DNA of 64,000 bases from Armatimonadota bacterium (GTDB lineage Bacteria > Armatimonadota > SYMT01), in contig JAWLHY010000001.1 in NCBI GenBank assembly GCA_041690135.1, positions 288,001 through 352,000 of the forward strand, read 5' to 3'. The notes under the pieces are model-generated. The model ran no database searches. It was not told where the DNA came from and was given only the letters and a program-made list of their open reading frames with translations. Shown here in pieces: positions 1 to 9,800 of the stretch (the first letter of the stretch is position 1; every line of letters starts with the position of its first letter). The position numbers and the translations under genes were made by a program.

Positions 1-155
1 ATCCCTTACGCAATAAGCATCACCCGCACGTCCGAGCTCGCATCACTGTCCACGCAGCCGTCTCGAACGTCAGCTCACGCATCACGCATTACCATCACGC
101 TCTCCCTTGTCCGAGGCGGCAGTCGTGCTTCTCGCCTTCCGAGGCACGACCCAAA
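1..155. repeat. Heptamer (ACGCATC-like) tandem repeats interleaved with ~44-bp GTCCGA...ACGTCAGC units
   Basis: tcacgcatcacgcattaccatcacgc plus gtccgag...acgtcagc; same architecture as 44698-44945. Confidence 0.6.
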
Positions 156-176
156 TGCAATTAAGGAGCCCAGCAC

Positions 177-1028
177 TTGCAACTCGTCATGTTCTCCAAG
201 CACCTGGGCTCCCTCTCCGTGGCGGAGGCGGGCCGGGTGGTCCAGGGTCTCGGCTTCCAGGGGGTGGACCTTACCGTCCGGCCCGGAGGCCACGTGCTGC
301 CGGAGAAGGTTCGCACGGATCTCCCGGCGGCGGTCCGCACCCTGGGCGACCTCGGGCTGACCGTGCCGATGCTCACCACCGGGATCACGGGTGCCGAGGA
401 GCCGCACGCGGAGGCGATCGTGGCGACCGCGGCCCAGCTCGGCATCCGTAATCTGAAGCTGGGGTACTGGCGCTACCAGCCGTTCGGGCAGCTCCAGGCG
501 CAGCTCGACCGGGCGCGGAAGCTGATGGACGGCCTGGAGACCCTGGCGCGCAAGCACGACGTCCGCGCCTGCATCCACATCCACTCCGGCAACTACCTCA
601 GCGCGGAGGCGGGGAACATCTACCTGCTGCTGAAGGACCGTGACCCGCACCATGTCGGCGCTTATCTCGACCCCGGACACATGACCCTCGAAGGCGGCGC
701 CGGTGGATGGATGCAGGGAATCGACCTCCTGCAGGGGTACATCTCCATGGTCGCCGTGAAGAGCTTCGGGCACTTTCCGGAGAAGAACCCGGAGACCGGC
801 GAGGTCACCTGGAAGCACCTGTTGGTCCCGCTGAAGGAAGGGATCGTCCGCTGGCGCGAGGTGTTCGCGTGCCTCAAACAGGCTGGCTGGGACGGCGTGG
901 TGACCTTCCATTCGGAGTACCAGGGGTCGCATAGCTGGAAGGACCTTTCCGTCGAGGAGCTCATCGCCCAGACACGCGAGGACCTGGCCTACCTCCGTCC
1001 CATCATTCGCGGCGCCGGATACGTGTAG
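177..1028 (+). CDS. Sugar phosphate isomerase/epimerase (xylose isomerase-like TIM barrel)
   Basis: GFQGVDLTVRPGGH, YLDPGH, VAVKSF, FHSEY; TTG start with AAGGAG SD. Confidence 0.85.
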   Translation: MQLVMFSKHLGSLSVAEAGRVVQGLGFQGVDLTVRPGGHVLPEKVRTDLPAAVRTLGDLGLTVPMLTTGITGAEEPHAEAIVATAAQLGIRNLKLGYWRYQPFGQLQAQLDRARKLMDGLETLARKHDVRACIHIHSGNYLSAEAGNIYLLLKDRDPHHVGAYLDPGHMTLEGGAGGWMQGIDLLQGYISMVAVKSFGHFPEKNPETGEVTWKHLLVPLKEGIVRWREVFACLKQAGWDGVVTFHSEYQGSHSWKDLSVEELIAQTREDLAYLRPIIRGAGYV

Positions 1029-1925
1029 ATGAGCGCCGCGCCCGAATCGCCGCTTGCGCCCGGAGCCTTCGACCCCGAGACGAACCGCTGGCGACCGCTC
1101 CACCGCCGAACGCCCGCCGACCTCACCCTGTCACGCCTGACCGTGGTCACGTTCAACGTCTGGTTCGCGGAGTTCGAGTTCCGCCGCCGCACCACGGCGC
1201 TGCTCCGCATTCTTCGGGAGTGCGACGCCGAGGTGATCGCGCTGCAGGAGGTCACGCCCCGGCTGCTGGCGGTTCTGCTGCAAACTCCCTGGATCCGTTC
1301 GCGCTATGCCCTTTCCGATATCTTCGGAGCGAGCGTGGAGCCCTACGGAGTGCTGCTTCTCAGCCGCCTACCCATCCACGAGTGGCGCTTCCACCCACTG
1401 CCGACGAACATGGACCGGTCGTTGCTCACGGCCACCGCCCATGTAAACGGCGCCCACTTCACCTTTGCCGCCGTCCATCTGGAGAGCCTCCGGGCCTCCG
1501 CGCCGGTCCGCGCGGCACAGCTCTCCCGAATCTTCTCCCTCCTCAAGCCCAACGCCCACCAGGTGCTGATGGGGGACTTCAACTTCTGCGCCGCGTGGGG
1601 AGCGGAAAACGACCGGCTCGCCCCCGCCTATCTGGATCTCTGGCCGGCGGTAAACCCCCACAGCCCGGGTTATACCGAGGACCCCGAAGCGAACCCCATG
1701 CCGCGCGAGTATGCCGGCGTCCTGCCGCCCGTCCGCTTCGACCGGGTCCTGCTCCGGTCGGAACCACCGGGATGGGCGCCGGAGTCCATGCGCCTCCTCG
1801 GCACCGAGCCGGTGGACCCGGAGCACCCGCAGGTCTATCCTTCCGACCACTTCGGGCTCGCAGCAACCCTCCTTTGGGAAGGGGAAGTATCCTCTGATGC
1901 TGCCAACAGGCTGATGATCACGTAA
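1029..1925 (+). CDS. Endonuclease/exonuclease/phosphatase family, TDP2-like
   Basis: TFNVW, IALQEVT, VHLES, MGDFN, RFDR, PSDHFG motifs. Confidence 0.88.
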   Translation: MSAAPESPLAPGAFDPETNRWRPLHRRTPADLTLSRLTVVTFNVWFAEFEFRRRTTALLRILRECDAEVIALQEVTPRLLAVLLQTPWIRSRYALSDIFGASVEPYGVLLLSRLPIHEWRFHPLPTNMDRSLLTATAHVNGAHFTFAAVHLESLRASAPVRAAQLSRIFSLLKPNAHQVLMGDFNFCAAWGAENDRLAPAYLDLWPAVNPHSPGYTEDPEANPMPREYAGVLPPVRFDRVLLRSEPPGWAPESMRLLGTEPVDPEHPQVYPSDHFGLAATLLWEGEVSSDAANRLMIT

Positions 1926-2234
1926 GCTTTGTTCGCCAGCAACCGCCCTGATTGCAGCAGGCGAAACTCATGGTTTATGGAAATGCATGAGTTCATGCAC
2001 CGGTGTAGGGCGGATTCTCCGTCACCGCCTGGTCTTGGGATTGCACCTGCTGTGCCAGGCGGGGGTCGGCTCGCACCAGCCGAATGTGAACCTGCGGAGA
2101 GTTTGACGCACCGACGAACAACATTCGTGGGGAACTCACTCTCCCGGCAAGACGGCAACAAGCTGGCTCACCCCCGGTCGACTAGCCTGGCGTCACAGGC
2201 TCTGGAATGGCAGGCGCTTTCGGGAGGGAAGGCA

Positions 2235-2489
2235 ATGCGATCCCATTGCCGCACGGTTCTCGCTCTTTGCTGCACGCTGGCGCTAATCACCACTGCGACA
2301 CTGCCGCAGTTGCAGACCGGCGACCTGACCTACTCCGCGGAGATCGCCGGACGACTGGAGCGCAGCTACGGCCCGAACTTCACCGCTGTGCTGGATCTTC
2401 AGGGCCGGTGCGGCCCCGAGCCCCTTTCCGCCAATCTGCGGATCCCCGTGCCGAACCTCCGCGAGGGTCTTACGATTACCCGCCACTGA
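2235..2489 (+). CDS. Small hypothetical protein with possible signal peptide
   Basis: ATG after GGGAGGGAAGG; hydrophobic N-terminus VLALCCTLALIT. Confidence 0.4.
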   Translation: MRSHCRTVLALCCTLALITTATLPQLQTGDLTYSAEIAGRLERSYGPNFTAVLDLQGRCGPEPLSANLRIPVPNLREGLTITRH

Positions 2490-2522
2490 AGGAAAAGCCT
2501 CGCATTCATCCGTCCCAACCAG

Positions 2523-2547
2523 GTTTTGGGGAGGAGGGTCCTGGGAA
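2523..2547 (+). promoter_or_regulatory. Putative SigB/SigF-type promoter (GTTT-N16-GGGAA)
   Basis: GTTT tggggaggagggtcct GGGAA, 90 bp upstream of the SRPBCC-dehydrogenase pair. Confidence 0.65.
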
Positions 2548-2637
2548 CGGTGACGTAGCGGCGTATTCCGGCGCAGGCCCGCGGTCGTCTCCGGATCACG
2601 TCGCCCGGGCAACGGATGGGGGATTGCGAGAGGCACC

Positions 2638-3663
2638 ATGGAAAGCACCCGATTTGAGCCGGCGGAGCCGGCAAGCAGCACCGGAAGTGAGATCAACTTG
2701 AGCCGCACCACCGGGGCGTTACCCCGCGCGCGGCCGGAAGAGTACGCTGCGAAGAACAACGCCACCGACGGCGGAGGTCGTCAACTGGCGGAAGCCCTGG
2801 GCTGGTTTAGCCTGGGGCTCGGCATCGCCAGTATCGCGGCCCCCGGGGCGGTCGCCCGTCTCATCGGCGTACGGGACGAAGAGTCGAACCGCAACCTCCT
2901 GCGGTTCGTCGGCCTGCGCGAGATCGCGAGCGGTATCGGTATCCTCGCTCAACCGGCCGCACCAGGCGGGGTGTGGTCGCGGGTGGTGGGGGACGTCATG
3001 GACCTCACCCTGCTGGGCTCGGCGCTAGGATCGGAACAGTCCAATCGGGGCCGCGTGGCGGCGACCACGGCGATGGTGGCCGGGGTGGCGGCCGTGGACC
3101 TGATGGCCGGGAAGAAACTGGCCGCGAGCGAAGGCGAAGACCGCTGCATCACGCTCGTCAAGGTCACCACCATCAACCGGTCGGCCGAAGAGCTGTACGG
3201 CTTCTGGCGGGACTTCCGCAACCTGCCTCGCTTCATGAACCACCTGGAGTCGGTGGAGATCCTCGACGACCGTCGGTCGCGCTGGCAGACCAAGGGCCCG
3301 GCGGGTCGCTCGGTGGCGTGGACCGCGGAGGTCGTGGACGACCGGCCCAACCAGTTCATCTCCTGGCGGTCGTTGCCGGGATCGGATGTCGAGACTTCCG
3401 GGTGGGTCCGCTTCGACCCGGCACCGGGTGATCGGGGCACGGAAGTCCGCGTGGAGCTACGCTACCTTCCACCCGCGGGAATGCTCGGAGCGACGATTGC
3501 GCGGCTCTTCGGGCGGGAGCCGGGGCAGGAGTTGAAGGAAGACCTCCGCACCTTCAAGCAGGTGATGGAGACCGGCGAACTGGTGCGCTCCGGCGCAAGC
3601 CTGCATGGCGCCACGTTCCCGCAGCAGCCGGCCCAGCCTCCGGAAATGCGGATGGCCGCCTGA
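2638..3663 (+). CDS. SRPBCC (polyketide cyclase/dehydrase) family protein with N-terminal membrane region
   Basis: [14 protein letters not shown]; [29 protein letters not shown]; FKQVMETGE. Confidence 0.92.
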   Translation: MESTRFEPAEPASSTGSEINLSRTTGALPRARPEEYAAKNNATDGGGRQLAEALGWFSLGLGIASIAAPGAVARLIGVRDEESNRNLLRFVGLREIASGIGILAQPAAPGGVWSRVVGDVMDLTLLGSALGSEQSNRGRVAATTAMVAGVAAVDLMAGKKLAASEGEDRCITLVKVTTINRSAEELYGFWRDFRNLPRFMNHLESVEILDDRRSRWQTKGPAGRSVAWTAEVVDDRPNQFISWRSLPGSDVETSGWVRFDPAPGDRGTEVRVELRYLPPAGMLGATIARLFGREPGQELKEDLRTFKQVMETGELVRSGASLHGATFPQQPAQPPEMRMAA

Positions 3664-3742
3664 CACCGGATCGCGTCGCATCCCTACCCTGGGGCGGCGC
3701 CTTACCTTCAGAATTGAACCCACGGAAGAACGAGAGAGTGCT

Positions 3743-4912
3743 ATGAAAGCGGCATGCTGGATGAGTCGGAACCAGGTGAGCGTGGAGGAGGTACCGGACC
3801 CCCAGATCCTCAATCCGCGCGACGCCATCGTCAGGATCACCTCCACGGCGATCTGCGGCTCCGACCTGCACCTGTACGACGGCTTCATTCCGTCGATGCA
3901 GAAGGGCGATATTCTCGGCCATGAGTTCATGGGCGAGGTCGTCGAACTTGGGAGCGACGTCAAGAACCTCCAGGTGGGCGATCGGGTGGCTGTCCCGTTT
4001 CCCATCTCCTGTGGAAACTGCTGGCAGTGCCAGAAGGGCATGTTCACCCTCTGCGAGAACTCGAACCCCAACGCCTGGATGGCCGAGAAGATGTGGGGCT
4101 ACTCGCCCTGCGGCATCTTCGGCTACTCCCACATGCTGGGCGGGTACGCCGGAGGTCAGGCGGAATACGCGCGGGTGCCGTTCGCGGACGTCGGCCCGCT
4201 CAAGATCCCGGAAGAGTTGACCGACGAGCAGGTCCTGTTCCTCACCGATATCCTGCCCACGGGTTACATGGCGGCGGACAACTGCGGCATCCAGCCGGGC
4301 GACATCGTGGCCATATGGGGCTGTGGACCGGTGGGCCAGTTCGCCGTCAAGAGCGCCTTCCTGCTCGGGGCGGAGCGGGTGATCGCCATCGACCGTTTCC
4401 CGAACCGCCTCCAGATGGCGCGGGAGTTCGGCGGCGCCGAAACGCTCAATTATGAGGAAGTGGACGTCCTGGAAGCGCTGCGCGAAATGACCGGCGGCCG
4501 GGGCCCGGACGCGTGCATCGACGCCGTCGGTATGGAAGCGCACACGCCCGGCCCCGAGTACTGGTATGACCGGACGAAGCAGGCGATGCGTCTGGAGACG
4601 GATCGTCCTTTCGCTCTCCGCCAGGCGATCCACGCGTGCCGGAACGGCGGCACCGTCTCGATCATCGGGGTGTACGGGGGCTTTATCGACAAGTTCCCCA
4701 TCGGCTCCGTGATGAACCGATCCCTCACCATCCGCACCGGCCAGGCGCACGTGCAGCGCTACATGCGGCCGCTGCTCGAACGCATTCAGAAGGGGGAAGT
4801 CGATCCGAGTCGCATCATCACGCACCAGATGCGCCTGGAAGACGCCCCCCAGGCCTACGATCTGTTCGCCAATCACCACGAGGAGTGCGTCAAGATCGTG
4901 CTCAAACCCTAG
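3743..4912 (+). CDS. Zn-dependent alcohol/formaldehyde dehydrogenase (FDH-like MDR)
   Basis: ICGSDLH, GHEFMG, CGNCWQC..C, GCGPVG; start moved to ATG 3743 (MKAACW). Confidence 0.93.
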   Translation: MKAACWMSRNQVSVEEVPDPQILNPRDAIVRITSTAICGSDLHLYDGFIPSMQKGDILGHEFMGEVVELGSDVKNLQVGDRVAVPFPISCGNCWQCQKGMFTLCENSNPNAWMAEKMWGYSPCGIFGYSHMLGGYAGGQAEYARVPFADVGPLKIPEELTDEQVLFLTDILPTGYMAADNCGIQPGDIVAIWGCGPVGQFAVKSAFLLGAERVIAIDRFPNRLQMAREFGGAETLNYEEVDVLEALREMTGGRGPDACIDAVGMEAHTPGPEYWYDRTKQAMRLETDRPFALRQAIHACRNGGTVSIIGVYGGFIDKFPIGSVMNRSLTIRTGQAHVQRYMRPLLERIQKGEVDPSRIITHQMRLEDAPQAYDLFANHHEECVKIVLKP

Positions 4913-4931
4913 GAAGAAAGAACGGTCCCAC

Positions 4932-4974
4932 AAAGAGAAGCGGCGGGCACCCATGGCACCCGCCGCTTCTCTTT
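4932..4974. terminator. Bidirectional intrinsic terminator
   Basis: 16-bp inverted repeat aaagagaagcggcggg/cccgccgcttctcttt between convergent genes. Confidence 0.8.
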
Positions 4975-4998
4975 GAATATCGAATACGCGACCACGGA

Positions 4999-5694
4999 TC
5001 AGTCGCTCTGCACGCTCCACATGGAATTCCGGCTGGAGCCCGCCTTGAGCCACTTGGTATGGCCGTCGACGAACGCCGCGTTGAAACCGTCGCTGTGGCG
5101 GCGATACCCGGCCGTCGCGGTAGGCACGTAGTCCAGGTTGTTCTCGTTCCAGATCTCCGAGGAGTTGCTATCCAGCAGCCAGATGGTTCCTGAAGGATCT
5201 TCGATCTCGGATTCGGAGATCGACTGCCCCGGCGTACCTGGGCGCCGGAGACCGAACTTAGAGGCGGCGGACCAACCGGAAACGCCCCAGCTTTCGAGAG
5301 TGTTGACGGCGTAGCTCATTGCCTTCACGCCGTTTGACCAGTTGTTCACCGGGTTCGAGCAGTTCTGTGTCCACTTGCGGGATGGGCAGACGGCGATGGC
5401 GCGGTTCTTCACATAGGGCTGAAGCAGGTCATCCCACCAGTCGAGGTTGGCGCACGCGGGCGAAGCGGACTGGTACTTGTACGGGGGCGTAAACAGCCCG
5501 TCGTAGTCCTGGGTGTACATCTGCCCGGCCGTGCCCCACTGCTTCAGGTTGCTGAGACAGGAGCTCTGGCGGGCCTTCTCTCGTGCCTGGGCGAACACTG
5601 GGAAAAGAATGGCGGCGAGGATGGCTATGATGGCGATGACAACGAGCAGTTCGATGAGGGTGAAACCCTTCGCACGTGGGTATCTGCGGACCAT
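4999..5694 (-). CDS. Prepilin-type N-terminal cleavage/methylation protein, DUF1559 / H-X9-DG
   Basis: [46 protein letters not shown]. Confidence 0.93.
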   Translation of the reverse strand: MVRRYPRAKGFTLIELLVVIAIIAILAAILFPVFAQAREKARQSSCLSNLKQWGTAGQMYTQDYDGLFTPPYKYQSASPACANLDWWDDLLQPYVKNRAIAVCPSRKWTQNCSNPVNNWSNGVKAMSYAVNTLESWGVSGWSAASKFGLRRPGTPGQSISESEIEDPSGTIWLLDSNSSEIWNENNLDYVPTATAGYRRHSDGFNAAFVDGHTKWLKAGSSRNSMWSVQSD

Positions 5695-5945
5695 ATTGGC
5701 TCCTTCCGGATCGGGGGTACAGCCCCTATCCGGACAATGATATAGCCATCCTGCTCACCGCACTTAGAGAATCCTGATTGTTCGTTCATAGATGACTGAT
5801 GGTCAAAATCTTGCGACTCTGTGGCAGGCGGTCCATCCGCGCGATGACGGAGAAGTCGTAGGGCGAACGATGAGCACCGGAAGGAGCGCCTGATGGCACA
5901 CCTTCCGGTCCCCATACCACTATCCTGTTTATCGTGGGCCAGTCA

Positions 5946-6179
5946 CTAGGGGCTCATCGCGCGGCGGCGCTCCGGGGCGCCCACCTTACTCAGGCTGTAG
6001 ATGCACCAGATACCCGAAAGGCCTACCAACGTGTAAACGATCCGCGACAGGATCGAGTCCACACCGCCGAAGAGCGCGGCCACCAGGTCGAACTGGAAGA
6101 GCCCAACGAGCAGCCAGTTCAACGCGCCAATAATGACGAGCGTGAAAGCCGTCCAGTCGATGCCGTTAAAACGGTCCAT
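5946..6179 (-). CDS. DUF378 small membrane protein (YuzA-like)
   Basis: LVIIGALNWLLVGLFQFDLVAALFG..SRIVYTLVGLSG. Confidence 0.9.
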   Translation of the reverse strand: MDRFNGIDWTAFTLVIIGALNWLLVGLFQFDLVAALFGGVDSILSRIVYTLVGLSGIWCIYSLSKVGAPERRRAMSP

Positions 6180-6243
6180 CCTTCACTCCCTCTCTTAACG
6201 TGCCGGTGCCTCCGATCCTCTTCGCACCGGTCTGCCACGAGCT

Positions 6244-6268
6244 TTCCCAATCCGGGCCGGACCTAATC
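6244..6268 (-). promoter_or_regulatory. Putative SigB/SigF-type promoter (GATT-N16-GGGAA)
   Basis: One mismatch to GTTT-N16-GGGWA, upstream of DUF378. Confidence 0.5.
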
Positions 6269-6338
6269 GTGCCCAACATTCGGGCATGGGACGTGCGCTC
6301 CCGCCGACGATAGACTCTGTTGGGCCTTCGGCCGATTG

Positions 6339-6579
6339 GGATAAGGATGAGGATAAGGATAAGGAAAAAGAATTCCGCTCCAGGACAGGCTCCCTGACCA
6401 GGGGGCGAGATGGATTAGGATCAGGATAACGATCAGGAAAGGAGTCCCGGGTAATGACGAGTGCCCTGACCAGGGGGCTTGCCGCGTCGCTTACAGGAAC
6501 ATGGCAGGACTGATGTGCTTCGACCAGAGGCTCATCTGGTCTGTGAAGTTGCAGCAGATTCATCGCTCCTCGCAATGAC
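6339..6579. repeat. GGATAA hexamer runs, two CCCTGACCAGGGGGC boxes and a CTCGCAATGAC-terminated element
   Basis: Boxes at 6392-6406 and 6464-6478; inverted homologues at 56281-56340 and 56561-56715. Confidence 0.8.
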
Positions 6580-6640
6580 GATTGTAGGCGGCGCCTATCC
6601 GCCCAAACTTTCAGAGTTTGCCACCGGGAGGTCATTCAGC

Positions 6641-6840
6641 GCCTGAACACCCGAACACCCGAACACCCGAATACCTGACCGCCTGACCGCCTGACTGCCT
6701 GATCGCCTGACTGCCTTTCCCCATCTTTCCAATCTGCGCCATCTGTGGACTCTACCTGACCACCCGAACACCTGACCACCCGAACACCTGACCACCCGAA
6801 CACCTGACCACCCGAACACCTGACCACCCGAACACCTGAC
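6641..6840. repeat. Octamer-based tandem repeats, including 5 perfect copies of CACCCGAACACCTGAC (6761-6840)
   Basis: Directly visible; ends 3 bp before the smc GTG. Confidence 0.95.
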
Positions 6841-6843
6841 CCC

Positions 6844-9800
6844 GTGTACCTCAAGAACCTCCACATCCACGGTTTCAAGACCTTCGCCGAGAAGACGCAG
6901 ATCGTCTTCAACCCGGGGATCACCTGCATCGTCGGGCCGAACGGCTCCGGCAAGAGCAACATCACCGACGCGGTGCTGTGGGTGCTGGGCGAGAACAACG
7001 TCCGCGAGCTCCGGGGGACCACCTCGCAGGACGTCATCTTCGCGGGGAACGATCGGCGGCGCCCGCTGGGCATGGCGGAGGTCTCGCTGACGATCGACAA
7101 CAGCGAGCGCATCCTGCCCCTCGATTTCTCCGAAATCACGGTGACACGGCGCCTTTACCGGTCGGGGGAGAGCGAGTGCCGGATCAATAATGTCGCCTGC
7201 CGCTTGAGGGACATTTACGAGCTCTTCCTCGATACCGGCGTGGGTCGCGACGGGTACTCGCAGATCGGGCAGGGCGAGATCGACCAGATTCTCAGCGTCC
7301 GCTCGGAGGACCGCCGCGCCATCTTCGAGGAGGCCGCCGGCATCAAGAAATACCGGGTCCGCAAGCGTGAAGCGGAGCGCAAGCTGGAGAATACCCAGCA
7401 GAACCTGGTGCGGGTTCACGACATCATCGGCGAGATCGAGGGGCAACTGGGTCCCCTGCAGCGCCAGGCCAACGCCGCCCGCCGGTACCGGGAGCTGGCG
7501 AGCCGGCTCCGCCTGCTGGAGCACGCCTGGTACGGCTCGAAGCTGACTCGCCTCACGGCCGAGCGCGAGCAGCTCACGAAGCTGGTGGCGGAGTTGACGG
7601 AAGAACGGAAGCGCCTGGAAGCGGAGCTGGCCACGGCCCAGGCGGATGAGAAGGCGGTTCGGAAGTCCCAGGAGCAGCTCGACCAGCAAGTAGAGGCGCA
7701 GCGGCAGCACGAAACGGGCGCTCTCCAGCGGATCGCCGCCGCCGAAACGGAGAAGGCGCGCGCCGAGGAACGTTCGGGCGAAGTGCAGCGCCGCCTGAAG
7801 GCGCTGGCGAACGAACTGGAAGACCTGGCTCGCCGCATCGAGGAGCAGGTCCGCCGTGCCGAGGAGATCAACCGGGAGGAGATCCAGCTCAAACGGGACG
7901 TGGACGGCCTCCGGGGAGAGCTATCGTCCGCCCAACTCCGGTCGCAGGAGGCCGCGAAGGTGCATCAGCAGACGGCCGCGGAACTGGAGCGGCGACGCCA
8001 GGCCTGGCTGGCCCGCGCGCGCCGGGAAGCCGAGCTGGAGGCGCGAGTACAGTCCGTTACGGCGCGGGTGCAAGGGTTGGAGCAGCAGCGCAAGCGCGCC
8101 GCGGAAGCTCTGGAAGACGGCGAAGCGGAACAGCAGCGGCTGCATGCCGAGCGGGAGAGCTTCCTGGGGGCCGCCGGCCAGCAGCGAGAGCGCGCCCAGG
8201 CGCTCCAGGCGGAGCTGGATGCAACACGCGCGGATTCGCGGAAATCGGAAGAAGCAACCGCGACGGCCCGGTCGGCGCTGGACGGCGCCACCCGCGCGCT
8301 GCAGACCCACCGCGCCCGGCTGCAGGCGCTTAGCGAGTTGGGCGAGCGCGGTGAAGGGGCGGCCGCGGGCGCCCGGAAGCTGCTGGAAGCGGCCCGCCGT
8401 GGCCACGTTAAGGGTAAGTTCTCCCTCCTGGTGGAAGGGTTCTCGGTTCCCGCCGGCACGGAAAAGGCCGTGGAGGCTGCCCTGGGCGTCTACGGCGACG
8501 CCCTTCTGTGCGACAGCCCCGAGTACGCCCTGAACGCCCTCCGCTGGCTCAAGAACCAGAAGGCCACCGCCCTCATCTTGCCGGAACTGCCTTCCGCTGC
8601 GGCAAAGCCCCTCTCCGGCTCCATTGGCGAGGCGGTTGGTTCTGGAGAGGACAGCGACGGCCCCCATGCTCCCAGCTCCCCGGCACCCTTGCTTGCGGAA
8701 TCGGGAGCGGCGGTGGCGTGGGCTCGGCACTTGTTGGCCGGCACCTTTCTCGTCGAATCCCTCGACCAACCTGTCAACCAGCCAACTTCCCAACTTCCCC
8801 AACCCGAACCCAATCCACGCCAAACCGCACCAGCCACTGACACCCAGCAACCTGCCAACCTTCCAACTTTCCAACCTTCCAACCCTGATCCGGATCTCGG
8901 CCAACCCATATCCCGCCTTTGGGTTACCCGGACCGGGGAGTGGCGGTCCGAGCAGGGCGCGCTGAGCGGCGGCCCGATGGGGGCGGAAGGGTCCGCGGGG
9001 GCGGCGCTGGCGCGGCGGCGAGAACTCGACCGGCTGACGCAAGAACTCCCCGCGCTCGAGGCCGCGGTGGAAGAGGCCCGGGAGCGGGTCCGGAAGGCGG
9101 AGACCGAGGCGAAGCGGCTCCAGAGCGCCCTGCGGGAGAAGCAATCGCAGTCCGACGCAGCCCGGCTGGAACACCAGGCGCAGCTTCGCGAGGCCGACCG
9201 GCGCAAGGCCGATGTGGAGCGGGCGGGGCACCGGGTCGAGCGCCTGAAGCAAGATCTGGCTCGCGCCGAGCGGGAGTACACCGCGGCCCAGGAGTCGCTG
9301 CGGCAGGCGGAGGTGGAGAAGGAACGCCTCGCGCGGGGAGAGGGCGAGGCGGCTGCGGGTGATGTGGACGAGGCGGCCATTCGTGCCGGGCAGGAGCGCG
9401 TGGCCCAGCTCGAAACGGAACGCCGGGCGGCGGATACCGCGGTGGCCGATCTGCGGGTGCGGGTGGCCCAGCAGGAGCAGCGCCTCCAGGGGGTGATTGC
9501 GGCGGGACGGCGCGCGGCGGAGGCGGGCGTCTTCCTCGACCGCCAGCGTGCGGACCGCCTGAAGGAACAACGCACCCTGATCGCGGAAGGGGAGCAGCGT
9601 ACCCTCACGTTCGCGACGCTGGCCCAGGAGGTCGCGGAAGCCCAGGCCCAGCGGGATGAGGCGCGCGCCACCCTGGGACGCCTGGCCGAGGAGCGCCAGA
9701 AGCTGAACGCGGAACTGGAGCGCGCCCGCGCGCGCGGGGCGGACCTCCAGGCCCGCCTGCGGGAGCTCATGGAGCGCTCGCACCGGGTCGAAGTGGAGCT

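Noticed and set aside
2087-2160. Glycine riboswitch (GGAGAG..CACCGA..ACTCTC)
   Set aside because: Core motifs deviate (CCGACGAA, CTCTCCCGG instead of CCGAAG, CTCTCAGG) and no glycine-related gene lies downstream.
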